NCBI GenBank assembly: GCA_964035545.1
Contig: CAXIUT010000077.1
Span: 1-41,366, forward strand
Source: Bugula neritina
Taxonomy: Eukaryota; Animalia; Bryozoa
Reading direction: 5' to 3'
Length of the DNA: 41,366 nucleotides
Below are positions 1 to 11,787 of this stretch, piece by piece; positions within the stretch are counted from its first letter, which is position 1; the number at the start of each line of letters is the position of its first letter. The notes beneath the pieces were generated by a model. That model was not told where the DNA came from. It saw only the letters and a program-made list of their open reading frames with translations, and did no database searches. Both the position numbers and the translations under genes were made by a program.

Positions 1-80
1 CCCAACCCCAACCCCAACCCAACCCCAACCCCAACCCCAACCCCAACCCCAACCCCAACCCCAACCCCAACCCCAACCCC
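1..80. repeat. Left telomere, (CCCCAA)n
   Basis: Terminal C4A2 hexamer array at the contig start, the Tetrahymena-type telomeric repeat. Confidence 0.98.
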
Positions 81-264
81 TGATCACTTTCATTATTTAG
101 TTAAGTTTTATCATTATGAAAAGTGACCTTTTCAACCTTTGTGACCCATTTTAGAATATATCTTAAATATTTATATGTTAAAATAATTTATTATTTTCTG
201 ATCTTCAAACATAAATAAAAAGTCAAAATAACAATATAAATATAGATAAAATTCAAAAGAAGAA

Positions 265-1283
265 ATGGGACTCTGTATGGAAATAGTTATCACCAACACT
301 ATCATTCATCCTTCTCTAGGTCACCTTTAATCAATCAGCTCTGATAAGTCAACTCTTCAACTTCAACTCCCAGTCTCATCAGAATAAAACTATATGTCCT
401 GGCAAAAAAAAATAAGTAAACTCAATTATGACAAATCCCTCAACGACTACCTCTATCTGCCTCTAAACTCCACCTTCAAAAAAACATAAAATCTTTGCAA
501 CTCAACTTGCTATGTTGAATTGATACTGCCAAAATATTCAAAAACTCTAGAAGAACTAGTAGAGAGCAAAGTATAAAATAAATCTTACTTCACTGAACTA
601 TAAATATGGTACTTACTCCTGGTTCTAACTACTTGCCTAGTCCATACTGGTCAAAGATAAACAGTCAAACCAGTCCTCAAAAATATCCTTATTACTGCCC
701 AAGGAACCCTTAAAATAATTCCTCAACTTCTCATCTCACCCATTGATCATCAATAAATTTTATAAATCAGTATTTTTTTTTATATATAGCTGATAACTAT
801 TCAGAAAGGAACAAAAGAAATCTAGACCTTTTCAAAATAGGACTTATTGGCATATTCTGTGCAAATCTAATTAAAATTTCATCCACCAAGTCATCTCTTC
901 AAGATCTTAATAAAAACACCATCTAAGATAGTCTAGAAAAGTGCAAAAACAGATATTCTTCCTCCTTGGTCTAGGTCCTCAATGATATGCTCTTTAGTAC
1001 TATCAGCAACAATACTCAGCTTAAAAAGGTGAATAAGAAGGCAGAGCGTTTTTGGTCTTAGATCAAATCAAAGTTGGAAACAAATAACAAATTTGGTTAT
1101 TTTGAGGCAAGTAGTTTGAAAGATACTCATAGATCTCTTTCGAATTCAAGTCCTAGACAATCTCCTATTAAAGTTATAGATGAGTTATAAAGGGCAAAAT
1201 CATACAAGGAAGAAGACTATATTAGTGAGAAATCCTAATTAATATCTCCTCAAACAGTACAAAATTACTTTAGTATTCTGTGA
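265..1283 (+). CDS. Protein kinase-like protein, probable pseudokinase, ~332 aa; intron 770-789
   Basis: With TAR=Glu and the 20-nt intron gtatttttttttatatatag removed, the frame is open to TGA. Kinase-fold segments are FTELEIWYLL, NILITAQGTLKII, DLFKIGLIGIFCA and RYSSSLVEVLNDML. HRD and DFG are absent. The N-terminus is MGLC. Confidence 0.7.
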
Positions 1284-1577
1284 TTACTATAAATTATATT
1301 ATAATCAAAATTATCTATCCTTTGATACAATAACTATGCTTGCTAGTAGTAGTTAATTTCTTATGGATAGTTTTCATTCTTATTAACAGTTATATTGAAC
1401 TACGACGAGCTAAACTCTATTATTAGATATACTTTATTAAGAGCTCTAAGTGCCTATTATCTTCGATATTTAAGTCGTAGAGGATGTTTATAATTAGGTT
1501 ATTAATACTGTTTTAGGAGTCATTAGAGAAAGAATTATTTGAAGTTATAATGTCGTAATAATAATATTTTTAACTAT

Positions 1578-2188
1578 ATGGGTGACGTCTTAAAAGAACT
1601 ACAACAAGAGTGGTCTCAAGGCATTGACATCTCTTCCTCTCAACAATCTTCATCTTCTCTTAGCATAATCTCTTCCTGTAATATTCACTTAATCAAATAC
1701 AGTCGATAATGTCTCTAGTAAGCTTCTACAGAACTCATAGAAAACATTGATCTACAATCGATCAATTCTCATTGGTAAATACAGCTTCATGATTTAATCA
1801 AAAAAATTTAAAATGAAGCCAATCTTTATCTTTAAGGTATATCTAATAGTATCAAGGTTGTTAAATTATGTTGTTTTTACCAGAGGAATAACTTTTTGTC
1901 AATTGTGGAGTTCATCCTCTGACCACTGATGTCGCAATCAACCTGCACTAGTTTTTTGACATCCAAACTATCACAGTTAAAGTTTAAAAAGTTTAGTGGA
2001 ATTTATCTCATATTGAAATGTTGAAAAACATTTCAGATAAGTATTTAGAAGGACCTCCTAAAATCATAAAATAACTACCTCCATAAAGTCTACAAAAAAA
2101 AATCATCGCTCAGAAACTTCCAAAAAGTAGGCTACATAGTTAAAAGAATATTGAACTGTCAAAAAAGAAGATTTAGACCTTAGAATGA
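1578..2188 (+). CDS. Hypothetical protein, ~196 aa; intron 1837-1856
   Basis: ATG to TGA is open under TAR=Glu after removing the 20-nt intron gtatatctaatagtatcaag. No family recognised. Confidence 0.6.
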
Positions 2189-2353
2189 TTTTATGTTAAA
2201 TAGACCTGAGAATGATTTTATGTTAAAGAAGGATAGAGTCCTTTCAAAGAAAAGTAGAGAAGACTACTACTACCAAGTTAAGCAAGGAAATAGATATGGA
2301 TACAATTTTAACTAAAACTGTCATCAAAACATGAGACATCTGAGACAGTTCGT

Positions 2354-2510
2354 TAAAATAAAAGCAAAATAAATAAAAAACAATAAAATAAAAGCAAAGT
2401 AAATAAAAAACAGTAAAATAAAAGCAAAATAAATAAAAAACAATAAAATAAAAGCAAAGTAAATAAAAAACAGTAAAATAAAAGCAAAGTAAATAAAAAA
2501 CAATTAAAAA
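2354..2510. repeat. A-rich 30-bp minisatellite, ~5 copies
   Basis: Unit aaaataaaagcaaa(a/g)taaataaaaaaca(a/g)t. Confidence 0.9.
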
Positions 2511-2740
2511 AGTAACATAAATAAATTGCTATATCCAATTTAAATCAACTTTAGTGATATTTAGTGATATTTATACTTTATCTATGAAATATAACACAAA
2601 TATCCTTAATTATTATCTTTGGTCTTTGCCTTCAAAACAGTCATACTCTAATCCAATGTTTTACAAATACATTTCTATTCAATAGTTTCATGCAGATTGA
2701 TTTTGATTAATAAAAAAGAAGTCATAAGATAATAACTACA

Positions 2741-3004
2741 ATGGAACTGCCAGACTTCTAGATACGTTCTGTGGTGGAAAGGATCTTTCAGAAAGTAGAC
2801 CTCAACCATGACAACTTCCTCGATGTCAACGAAGTCATTTCTCTTATGAATATGGGCCTAGAAATGCTCAGAAGATCGAGAATGGCCACCTTTGCAGATG
2901 CCAAACAGTTCATCGCATATGCAGATGCCAACAAAGATAACCTTCTCTCCAAACAATAAATGTTTGACCTCCTTAAAAAGATCATCAACAGGCACAATCA
3001 GTGA
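2741..3004 (+). CDS. Small two-EF-hand calcium-binding protein, 87 aa
   Basis: EF loops DLNHDNFLDVNE and DANKDNLLSKQ(TAA=E). Ends at TGA. Confidence 0.9.
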
Positions 3005-3021
3005 CACCTATTGATTATTTA

Positions 3022-4494
3022 TTCCTTCAAACCTAAACAACACTTAAACATCTTTCAAGCCTAAACACTATTTAAACATCCTTCAAGCCTAAACAACACT
3101 TAAACATCTTTCAAGCCTAAACAACATTTAAACATCCTTCAAGCCTAAACACTATTTAAACATCTTTCAAGCCTAAACAACATTTAAACATCCTTCAAAG
3201 CCTAAACAACATTTAAACATCCTTCAAAGCCTAAACAACATTTAAACATCCTTCAAGCCTAAACAACATTTAAACATCCTTCAAAGCCTAAACAACATTT
3301 AAACATCTTTCAAGCCTAAACAACATTTAAACATCCTTCAAGCCTAAACAACATTTAAACATCCTTCAAAGCCTAAACAACATTTAAACATCTTTCAAGC
3401 CTAAACAACATTTAAACATCCTTCAAGCCTAAACACTATTTAAACATCCTTCAAGCCTAAACAACATTTAAACATCTTTCAAGCCTAAACACTATTTAAA
3501 CATCTTTCAAGCCTAAACAACATTTAAACATCTTTCAAGCCTAAACAACACTTAAACATCTTTCAAGCCTAAACAACATTTAAACATCCTTCAAGCCTAA
3601 ACACTATTTAAACATCCTTCAAGCCTAAACAACATTTAAACATCCTTCAAAGCCTAAACAACATTTAAACATCTTTCAAGCCTAAACAACATTTAAACAT
3701 CCTTCAAAGCCTAAACAACATTTAAACATCTTTCAAGCCTAAACAACATTTAAACATCCTTCAAAGCCTAAACAACATTTAAACATCTTTCAAGCCTAAA
3801 CAACATTTAAACATCTTTCAAGCCTAAACACTATTTAAACATCTTTCAAGCCTAAACAACATTTAAACATCCTTCAAAGCCTAAACAACATTTAAACATC
3901 TTTCAAGCCTAAACACTATTTAAACATCTTTCAAGCCTAAACAACATTTAAACATCTTTCAAGCCTAAACAACACTTAAACATCTTTCAAGCCTAAACAA
4001 CATTTAAACATCCTTCAAGCCTAAACACTATTTAAACATCCTTCAAGCCTAAACAACATTTAAACATCCTTCAAAGCCTAAACAACATTTAAACATCTTT
4101 CAAGCCTAAACAACATTTAAACATCCTTCAAGCCTAAACAACATTTAAACATCCTTCAAAGCCTAAACAACATTTAAACATCTTTCAAGCCTAAACAACA
4201 TTTAAACATCCTTCAAAGCCTAAACAACATTTAAACATCCTTCAAAGCCTAAACAACATTTAAACATCCTTCAAGCCTAAACAACATTTAAACATCCTTC
4301 AAAGCCTAAACAACATTTAAACATCTTTCAAGCCTAAACACTATTTAAACATCTTTCAAGCCTAAACAACATTTAAACATCCTTCAAGCCTAAACAACAT
4401 TTAAACATCCTTCAAAGCCTAAACAACATTTAAACATCCTTCAAAGCCTAAACAACATTTAAACATCTTTCAAGCCTAAACACTATTTAAACAT
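3022..4494. repeat. 28/29-bp minisatellite, ~52 copies
   Basis: Unit aagcctaaacaacatttaaacatc(c/t)ttc(a) with recurring variants (acta, actt, an extra a). Confidence 0.97.
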
Positions 4495-4565
4495 TCTATC
4501 TTTTTTCCATTTCAAACTGTGAAACATAATCTATGGATAAGTTTTAATAAATATTTTTTAATAAA

Positions 4566-5732
4566 TCATCCCTCCTCTTTTCTCAAAGTGGCTGTCAACA
4601 AAAAGTGGTCATATGGATGGCTACTGTTGGGTAATAACTCCAACTTGCTATCTTCACCTCCTATATTTGTTCTCTTTGACACCTAAATTTCCAAGTTTGA
4701 CAAAATATGGTCTTTAACTTCATTCACACATTGGTCTGCCTTATGCAACTGAGCCTGAATAAAACTCCTTTTTTTGATAGTTGTAACTTCTGATGGATCT
4801 TTTGGAACAATAAAAGTCTTACAGTTCAGTCTTGGACTCTAAATGAAGTGATTAGCATCCATTCCTATCACAAAAGTGAACTTTTACTTCTCATAGTAAT
4901 CTAGCATGTAGTTGATTACTTTTAAAAAGTACTCTTCTTGTTTGAGGTAGCCTTCTTTGGCAGATGTAAAATGAGAAGATACCAAAAGATATTTATTCTC
5001 AGTAATTGTGATTACTGTATCTTCGTTTATGTTGAGTAAACGTTCCCATTTCTTTGTCTAGTTCTCAACTATTCTTCCAAAGATCTAAGTCCGATAAAAA
5101 AGCACTGAATCATTGTTTTTGACTGCAGTATAACCCTCAAGGGCCTACCATTCAACTGAACCTGCTTCTTGCAAAAACATAGCATCAACTGTCTGATAGT
5201 ACTTTTCCACTCTTTTCTTTTTAACATTCAACTTGAACTGGGGACGGTTTCTAAATTATATCAGAAATTCTTTCAACTTTAAAGCTTCTCCATTTAATAG
5301 CTTTTCATTCAGTTCCTCGATAGTTTTAAGGTCATAGACTGTCATAACGATGACTCTATAAAACAAAAAATCCATATTTAAGACATCGTTTACTTCTTCA
5401 ATAGTACCTTCTTCTCCAGGAATTTTTCCTCCTTTTTTCGCTGATTCGTAGTAACTTCTCCACAACTACTAGAATTTTGCCTTTGATAACAAGTTGCCGT
5501 CTAAATTTTATATTAGTTAATTTCCGAAAAGAACAGTCAAGCGATTTATTTTAAACCTTTTATCAAGACGACCTCCAGCCCATTTCTTCAACTCAGGAAA
5601 GTCAATTTTTTGTAGAGTGAGATAGTTTGAATTGAGTTGTTAAAAAAGAGGAGAGCCATCGTTAAACTCAAAAGGATTGGTGTTGATGCCTGAGAAGTTG
5701 AGAGTGGCTACTTTTAGAGAAGGTCTTTCCAT
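4566..5732 (-). CDS. Endonuclease/exonuclease/phosphatase (EEP) family protein, 388 aa
   Basis: Motifs LKVATLN, DAMFLQEAG, LVSSHF, IGMDAN and C-terminal HPYDH appear in canonical EEP order. The length is a whole number of codons under TAR=Glu. Confidence 0.82.
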
Positions 5733-5823
5733 TGATAAAATCAAAAGGAATTGATAAAATTATTAAGTCCTATTGAATCAAATAATCTCAGGTATCCTAT
5801 ATATTAGTAAATCACTATTATTA

Positions 5824-7143
5824 TCATGATAAAAATTCTTCAAGAAACTGCAACATAGGAATTAATTTATCTTCTCCTCTTCCACACAACTAACCCATAA
5901 ATCTTCCATTTCTTTCCACCACTCGCACTTCGTAGTCTTGTTATCCCACTTCTAATTGGCTCTACCATAGCTGGGACCTGCCTACGATCTGGCACCCCCA
6001 TCCAGGCAATATTCCAATCAATCCCTTCAAACTCAAACGACTACATATCATTTCCTACAAGCAAGCCTTTGTTTTCACTCTACTCCTATTCATATGCTTC
6101 ATACTACACTACTAAACCAAATGTAGCCAGCAATAAGGAAGGGTTATTAACTTTTAGAACCGTTCCTCTTCCAGGATTAACCCTTCGATCTGTACCTGTG
6201 GTAGCCTTAGAGGTTCTGTTAGATCGATACTCCGAACTGAACTATAAAGGGTAAATATGGAATCGGATTCTAGTTTGATAAAATGTTCCTGTATATTTTG
6301 ACACTCTAAGTTTCCCTTATGCAGAGTAAGAGTTAGATTTTTGAGTTCTTTTGAAACACTTACTTGTACTTAAATCAATTTTTTTCTCAACACTCTGAAT
6401 CTGATATTAAGGACATCACTTTTTAATATTCTATGATATTTTTAAGGTTCCATTAGAGAGCGTTCAAGTCTTCTCCATACTATTTATCTCAAACCTTTCC
6501 GTTCTTTCTTTTTAGTTCTATCTCCAGATAGTTTTCTTCTTGAATGTTTTGATTTACCTTTAGATTAGGGAGTCATTAACCTAGATTCTGAACTTTCCTG
6601 CTACATTATAGAAGAAAGATTCAGTCGACTATTTCCTCTATCTTTAATCTTCTGAGACATATCTTTTCTATTTTTCTATTATTTAGAAAATTTTGATTTT
6701 GATTTTTTCCTTTCCTTTAATTTTTATTTACTTCTAAATGTGTTAACTTTCTCTTTCATAAGTTTTCCTTTACAAGGACAACTTAAATGATACCCTTCCT
6801 ACTTCAAACTCCTTGATTTGCTTGAACTTTTGGAATTTTTTCTGTATTTTTTAGAAGGATTATACACCAAACAATCAGTTGAACCATGAACAGCAGATCT
6901 AGAAAAGGAGTGAGAAGGAGGAGAAAAACTAAATCTGACTCCTGACTGTTCTGTTTTGATGGGAGGGCTAGCTGAGTGAGGTTTAAGGTATTAGTGATAA
7001 GAATTATAGGGATAGAGAGAATAATATCTTTGAGTGTTTTTAATTAGTTTAGAGAGAGACTTAGTTTTAGAATTTTGAATGGTTTGGAAGATGTTTTCCT
7101 TAAGAGTAGTTCTTTTATCTTCCTCCGATTAAGAGTTCTTCAT
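5824..7143 (-). CDS. Hypothetical Lys/Ser/Arg-rich protein, 439 aa
   Basis: ATG at 7143 to TGA at 5824 with no in-frame TGA. Largely low complexity. Confidence 0.65.
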
Positions 7144-7324
7144 TAATATAATAAAGTTTATTGCGCTCTCTTGATCCTCAATAATAAGATATATCAACAT
7201 TCCAAATCATCTTCTATCAACTTATTCCTATTCATTTACAAAATAATTAAATAGAAATAGTCTCTTTAGTAAAGGCTTTTTAAAACTTAAGAGTTTGACT
7301 TAAAGTCAAGTTAGTTATAATATA

Positions 7325-9879
7325 ATGTCCTTTTTCAGATCAAAATCAATCAGTGCCTTTAAAATATTTTTACCCAGGTAAAATGCCTATAGAATTGTAT
7401 AAATACTAGGTAAGTGTCACCTAAATTAGGAAGATTGGGGTTTATTTAATTCAAAGGAAAACAAAGAGGACCAGAACAAATGATCTATCATGTACAAGTC
7501 AAAATATGCGACTAACAACTTTCTAAAATAATAGCAATATAAAGATAATTATGTCAACAAGGATATGGACTCTCCAAACAACACTACTCAAAGTAGACTT
7601 AATCTCAAACAGATAAGAATATCAAACCTTTCTATAGATAGTGGACAGAAAGCAAAGATCATCAGTCCACTCTCCTCTTCATCTTCTCTAAAAGATATCA
7701 GAAGAGCTTAAATAAAAATGGAAAAACAGCGAATAGCTAAAGCAACGTAAAAAGTACCTTCAATAAAAAGCATAAATATTGAAAGAATCAGTCAGAATTT
7801 TATAAGGAGGAAAAATACTTTTTGGATAGACTCTCTTCAACAAAAACAACAACAATGCCGAACATAACTAACTTAAACAAGTAGGATTCAAATGTGGTAT
7901 TTTATTGAGAAGAGATCTTCTCATTATCCAAAGGACTATATTCAGAATCAGTCGAGGACTAAGTGTTTTCCGCACTTTAGAATAGAAAATAAAGTAGGAG
8001 TAAGGAAGTTAGTCTCAACACAAAAATGTAGTTTTTTATCTGTTTTATGGATTTGGAACAAGTGAGATAATGGAGAGAAAGATCCAAAGAATATTAGATA
8101 TTTACTGTTTGAAAACATTAGAATATCCCAAAAGTTAGTAACAGAGATCGTTTTAGATGGCTTCTCTTACATCTTCAATTTAATAAAACTAAAAACTACA
8201 AGAACTAGTAGAGATATAAAACAAAAATGTATTTGCTCCTCTCCTTGAAGTAGTTTCGAGAGAAGACAAGTCCAAATTTACATATCTGTAGTTTTATAAA
8301 CTATTCTTCCTTAAATAAAAACAAATATATCAAAATATAAACCTCATGAAAGTTTAACACTCCTTCACTATCGCCTAAATCTATCTAGAAAGCAACAAAG
8401 TATAATCAATCACTCAACAACTTTTATAAAACTTAAAATAAGACAGAATGCCCATGCCTCAACTAGTTCCCATCCACGGAACTTCTAAACCAACTCTCTT
8501 TGATATCAACTCAGTCACTTAAACTCCTTATGCTATCCTATCAGCTTACGGAGTACCACAATACCAGTAAATCAACCCAATAGTCTTCAATCTCGTTACT
8601 TTCCCCTTCCTCTTTGGAGTCATGTTCAGTGATATTGCTCATGGTCTTATACTCTTTGTTCTTGGTTTACTAATGATCTACTTTCCCAAAAGGTTTTAAA
8701 ATAGTATCCTAAAGGTTTTTCTTCCTCATCACTATTCAGTAGTTTTGATGGGATTTTTCTCTACCTACTGCGGCTTCATCTACAATGAATACCTCTCTCT
8801 TGACCTCAATATTTTGGCAGCTGTTACGATATCACAGCTAACAACTAAGCTGTTTCTAAGCAAGATTGTATAATAGCTTTTGGAGTTGATCCTATTTGGT
8901 CTATTTCCTCAAATATGCTCCAGTTCACCAACAGTCTCAAAATGAAAATAGCTGTCATCATTGCAGTTTTTCATATGACTTTAGGTCTTTTCCTTAAAGC
9001 TTTAAATCAGCTCTATCTCAAACAAAAACGTTTTATACTCCTTTAAACTGTTCCACAACTAGTATTCTTCCTCCTTCTTTTCGGGTATATGGATTTTTTA
9101 ATAATATACAAATGGACAACGGATTGGTCTCCAGAAAAGGCTCCATCCATCATAACGACAATGATCAATTTGCCTCTGAAATTAGGCAAAACTGAGAAAT
9201 GTTGTTCAGGAGGACAACCGATGTGGGGATAAACTCACTAAAACACATCCCAAAATGGTCTACAATTCACTATTCTAGTTATTTCTCTTCTCTGCTTACC
9301 ATTGATTCTATGTTTGAAACCTCTCTAGCTCTACAGACTTAATAAAAAAAGAATTAAGGTGGAATAACTTATTGATGAGGCAGAATAAAACAAAAGTAAA
9401 ATATGGATCAGCAAAAATATCAACTAAAGTCTTTTAGAGCAAGACCTGGGAGGAGGTAAAATATAAATGAGCTAGATATTCGTCCATCAAGTAATATAGA
9501 CTATCTAATTTGCTCTAGGATGTATATCCAACACTGCCTCTTACCTTAGACTCTGGGCCTTGTCTCTAGCTCATCAGCAACTGGCTGAAGTATTCTTCTA
9601 GTAAACTGTAGGTCGAGGTTTTGCTCCTGGAGGATATGCTGGTATTCCCATTGTATTTTTCCTTTTAGATAGAATCTTATTTTATTTCCTATATTTGCTA
9701 GTATAACTTTTGGCATTCTTTTGTTCATGGATTCGATGGAATGTTTCTTACACACTTTGAGATTGCATTGGGTCTAATTCCAGAACAAATTCTACAAAGG
9801 AAACGGAAAATAATTCGAACACTTCGACCTCAATAAAACATCTAATCAATGGATATTACTAAATGCCATCACTAATTGA
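7325..9879 (+). CDS. ATP6V0A: V-type H+-ATPase V0 subunit a, ~831 aa; introns 7410-7429, 7593-7612, 9653-9672; 1-nt frameshift at 8812-8815
   Basis: Motifs [82 protein letters not shown] and [15 protein letters not shown]. Confidence 0.96.
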
Positions 9880-9917
9880 AATCAATGATATCATCTTTTT
9901 AGATATACATACAATTT

Positions 9918-9970
9918 AATCATTCATTCATTCATTCATTCATTCAATCAGTCAGTCAGTCAGTCAGTCA
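9918..9970. repeat. Compound microsatellite (TCAT)n(TCAG)n
   Basis: Directly visible between two convergent stop codons. Confidence 0.85.
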
Positions 9971-10418
9971 ATTTCATAGTAGTTTAGAAACAAACAGAAC
10001 GAGGTTCTTTTTATTTAAAATTTTCTCTTAAAAGATCTAAATTGTAGTACTAATTATTTTGAAGCAATTCTTTCAATACTCCTAAAGAATACTTTTATAT
10101 TTTATTTGAAAATTAATCAGTTGAAACTCCAATTATATTATCTATCTTTGTTTCAATAGTTTATCCATAATACAGACAACGATAATAGCTAGATACTCCA
10201 TTATTTCCTGTTTATATTCTAATAATTCCCTTAAAATTGACTTTAAAGTTCAGAGAAGAGCAATATCTCAAAATACTATCTTTGAATTCACCTTCAACAT
10301 CGACTAGAGGAAGTGCTAGGTGCTCTTTTGTTTTTTCAATCAAAAGAAACTGTTTGTTTTGATTTTTACAGACAAGAAGAGCCTGTTTTAAAACTAAAGG
10401 CCAGTATCTCTTTCTCAT
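9960..10418 (-). CDS. Nudix-fold-like protein with degenerate Nudix box, ~152 aa
   Basis: LVCKNQNKQFLLIEK..LALPLVDVEG..VNFKGIIRIE follows the Nudix strand pattern but lacks GG and REXXEE. Confidence 0.5.
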
Positions 10419-10419
10419 A

Positions 10420-10643
10420 GTTAGAAATAATAAACTTAGCAATAATGTTAGTAATAAATAATAAACTTAGTAATAAATAATAAACTTAGTAATAATGTTA
10501 GTAATAAATAATAAACTTAGTAATAAATAATAAACTTAGTAATAATGTTAGTAATAAATAATAAACTTAGTAATAAATAATAAACTTAGTAATAAAATAA
10601 AAAACTTAGTATAAATAATAAACTTAGTATAAAAAATAAACTT
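10420..10643. repeat. AT-rich 19/12-bp composite tandem repeat
   Basis: Units aataaataataaacttagt and aataatgttagt. Confidence 0.9.
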
Positions 10644-10656
10644 CTAAGAAGATAAA

Positions 10657-11621
10657 TCAAACTTTGGTGATAACGATAGGAATAACGATGATTCCGATTA
10701 TGATAAGCAAAATAAACATTAAACAGCACCATTTCTTTATAAATATATGAATATACCTTTTGTGCACTTTTATGATATTATTTCCCTTTCTACAACTTCT
10801 TCTCACCAGAACCCACGTAGTCTTTAGCTGCCACTAGTGCCTACTCAATAGTCATCAACTTCTATCCTTGCAGTTTTACCAAATCAGATAGGTCTTCCAT
10901 CATTCTCATACACTCCTCCATATTCTTCATCAAATAGCCTTTACCTGCTGAAGACGCAAAACATCATTGCATTTATCAATGATATCAGAAACAGCATTTT
11001 ATAATTCAACAGAGTAACTATCCAACAAACACTACTTCAACATCTGCTCTCCCTTCTGAGGTTGATGAATCATATTCTACAATTCTCCTTACTACAACTG
11101 ACGACCTTGAATCACTGTTGCCTGTCGCTGTAAAGTTGATTTCATCTCTTCAGATATCTGCTCCTACACTGACTTCAAACTCTTTATCACCTAATCAGCC
11201 TCCAGAGTTATCCTGTTACATTCCACCAGCTTAGATTGATCTCCTTCTTCAGATTCTTTTTTAAACTACTAGTTTATTTCTTTGATACAAGGCTTCAACT
11301 CCTTCATAACTTTGTTCGCCTTACCCATATTGTCATTAATCTGCCCATAAATCAGTCTAAATCACTTTATATGTACTTTTGCTTTTCAGGTTTAGTCGTC
11401 CTAAAATACTATCGTTTTAATCTTCCTAAATTATCAACTGTCAGTTTGAGTTTTTCTGATGAGATCTTTAGCTGATCCATATTTGGGATCCTCTGAGTCA
11501 TCAGTTATCTCATCAGACAACATTTTATCTCTCAGTCTAGCTCCAATAGTTTAAGGTTCTTTAGTAAACTATCTAAAACGCACAATACCTACGCCAACTC
11601 GATAATTCTGTTTCTGTACAT
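10657..11621 (-). CDS. Syntaxin (Qa-SNARE, syntaxin-1-like), ~293 aa; introns 11569-11588, 11357-11376, 10925-10944, 10735-10756; probable 1-nt frameshift at 11451-11455
   Basis: N-peptide MYRNRIIEL, SNARE motif DVLRLQQNMEECMRMMEDLSDLVKLQGEKLMTIE..AKDYVGSGEKKL, then basic QKKWCC and a C-terminal TM helix. Confidence 0.88.
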
Positions 11622-11787
11622 AATAATTAATATAACCACAGTATTTATCAACCTTTTATAAAATATTCATTTAAGATTACTAAAATAACTAACCTAGGTT
11701 TCAAAGTGTCAAAATGCATTTAAAATAAACTAGTAATATTATTTGAGCTTTTTTATGAAAAATACTAAATATAAATCAATAACAATA

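Noticed and set aside
2353-2538. Hydrophobic repeat ORF
   Set aside because: Translation of the A-rich 30-bp minisatellite.
3022-4494. CRISPR array
   Set aside because: The repeats are head-to-tail with no unique spacers, the context is eukaryotic, and no cas genes are present. The same applies to 16323-16537.
4566-5732. Non-LTR retrotransposon APE endonuclease
   Set aside because: It is a stand-alone EEP ORF with no reverse transcriptase, poly(A) tail or target-site duplication nearby.
9595-9606. UAA=Lys variant code suggested by FF(TAG)(TAA)T aligning to FFEKT
   Set aside because: This is a single weakly conserved site, whereas at least six invariant-Glu sites use TAA.
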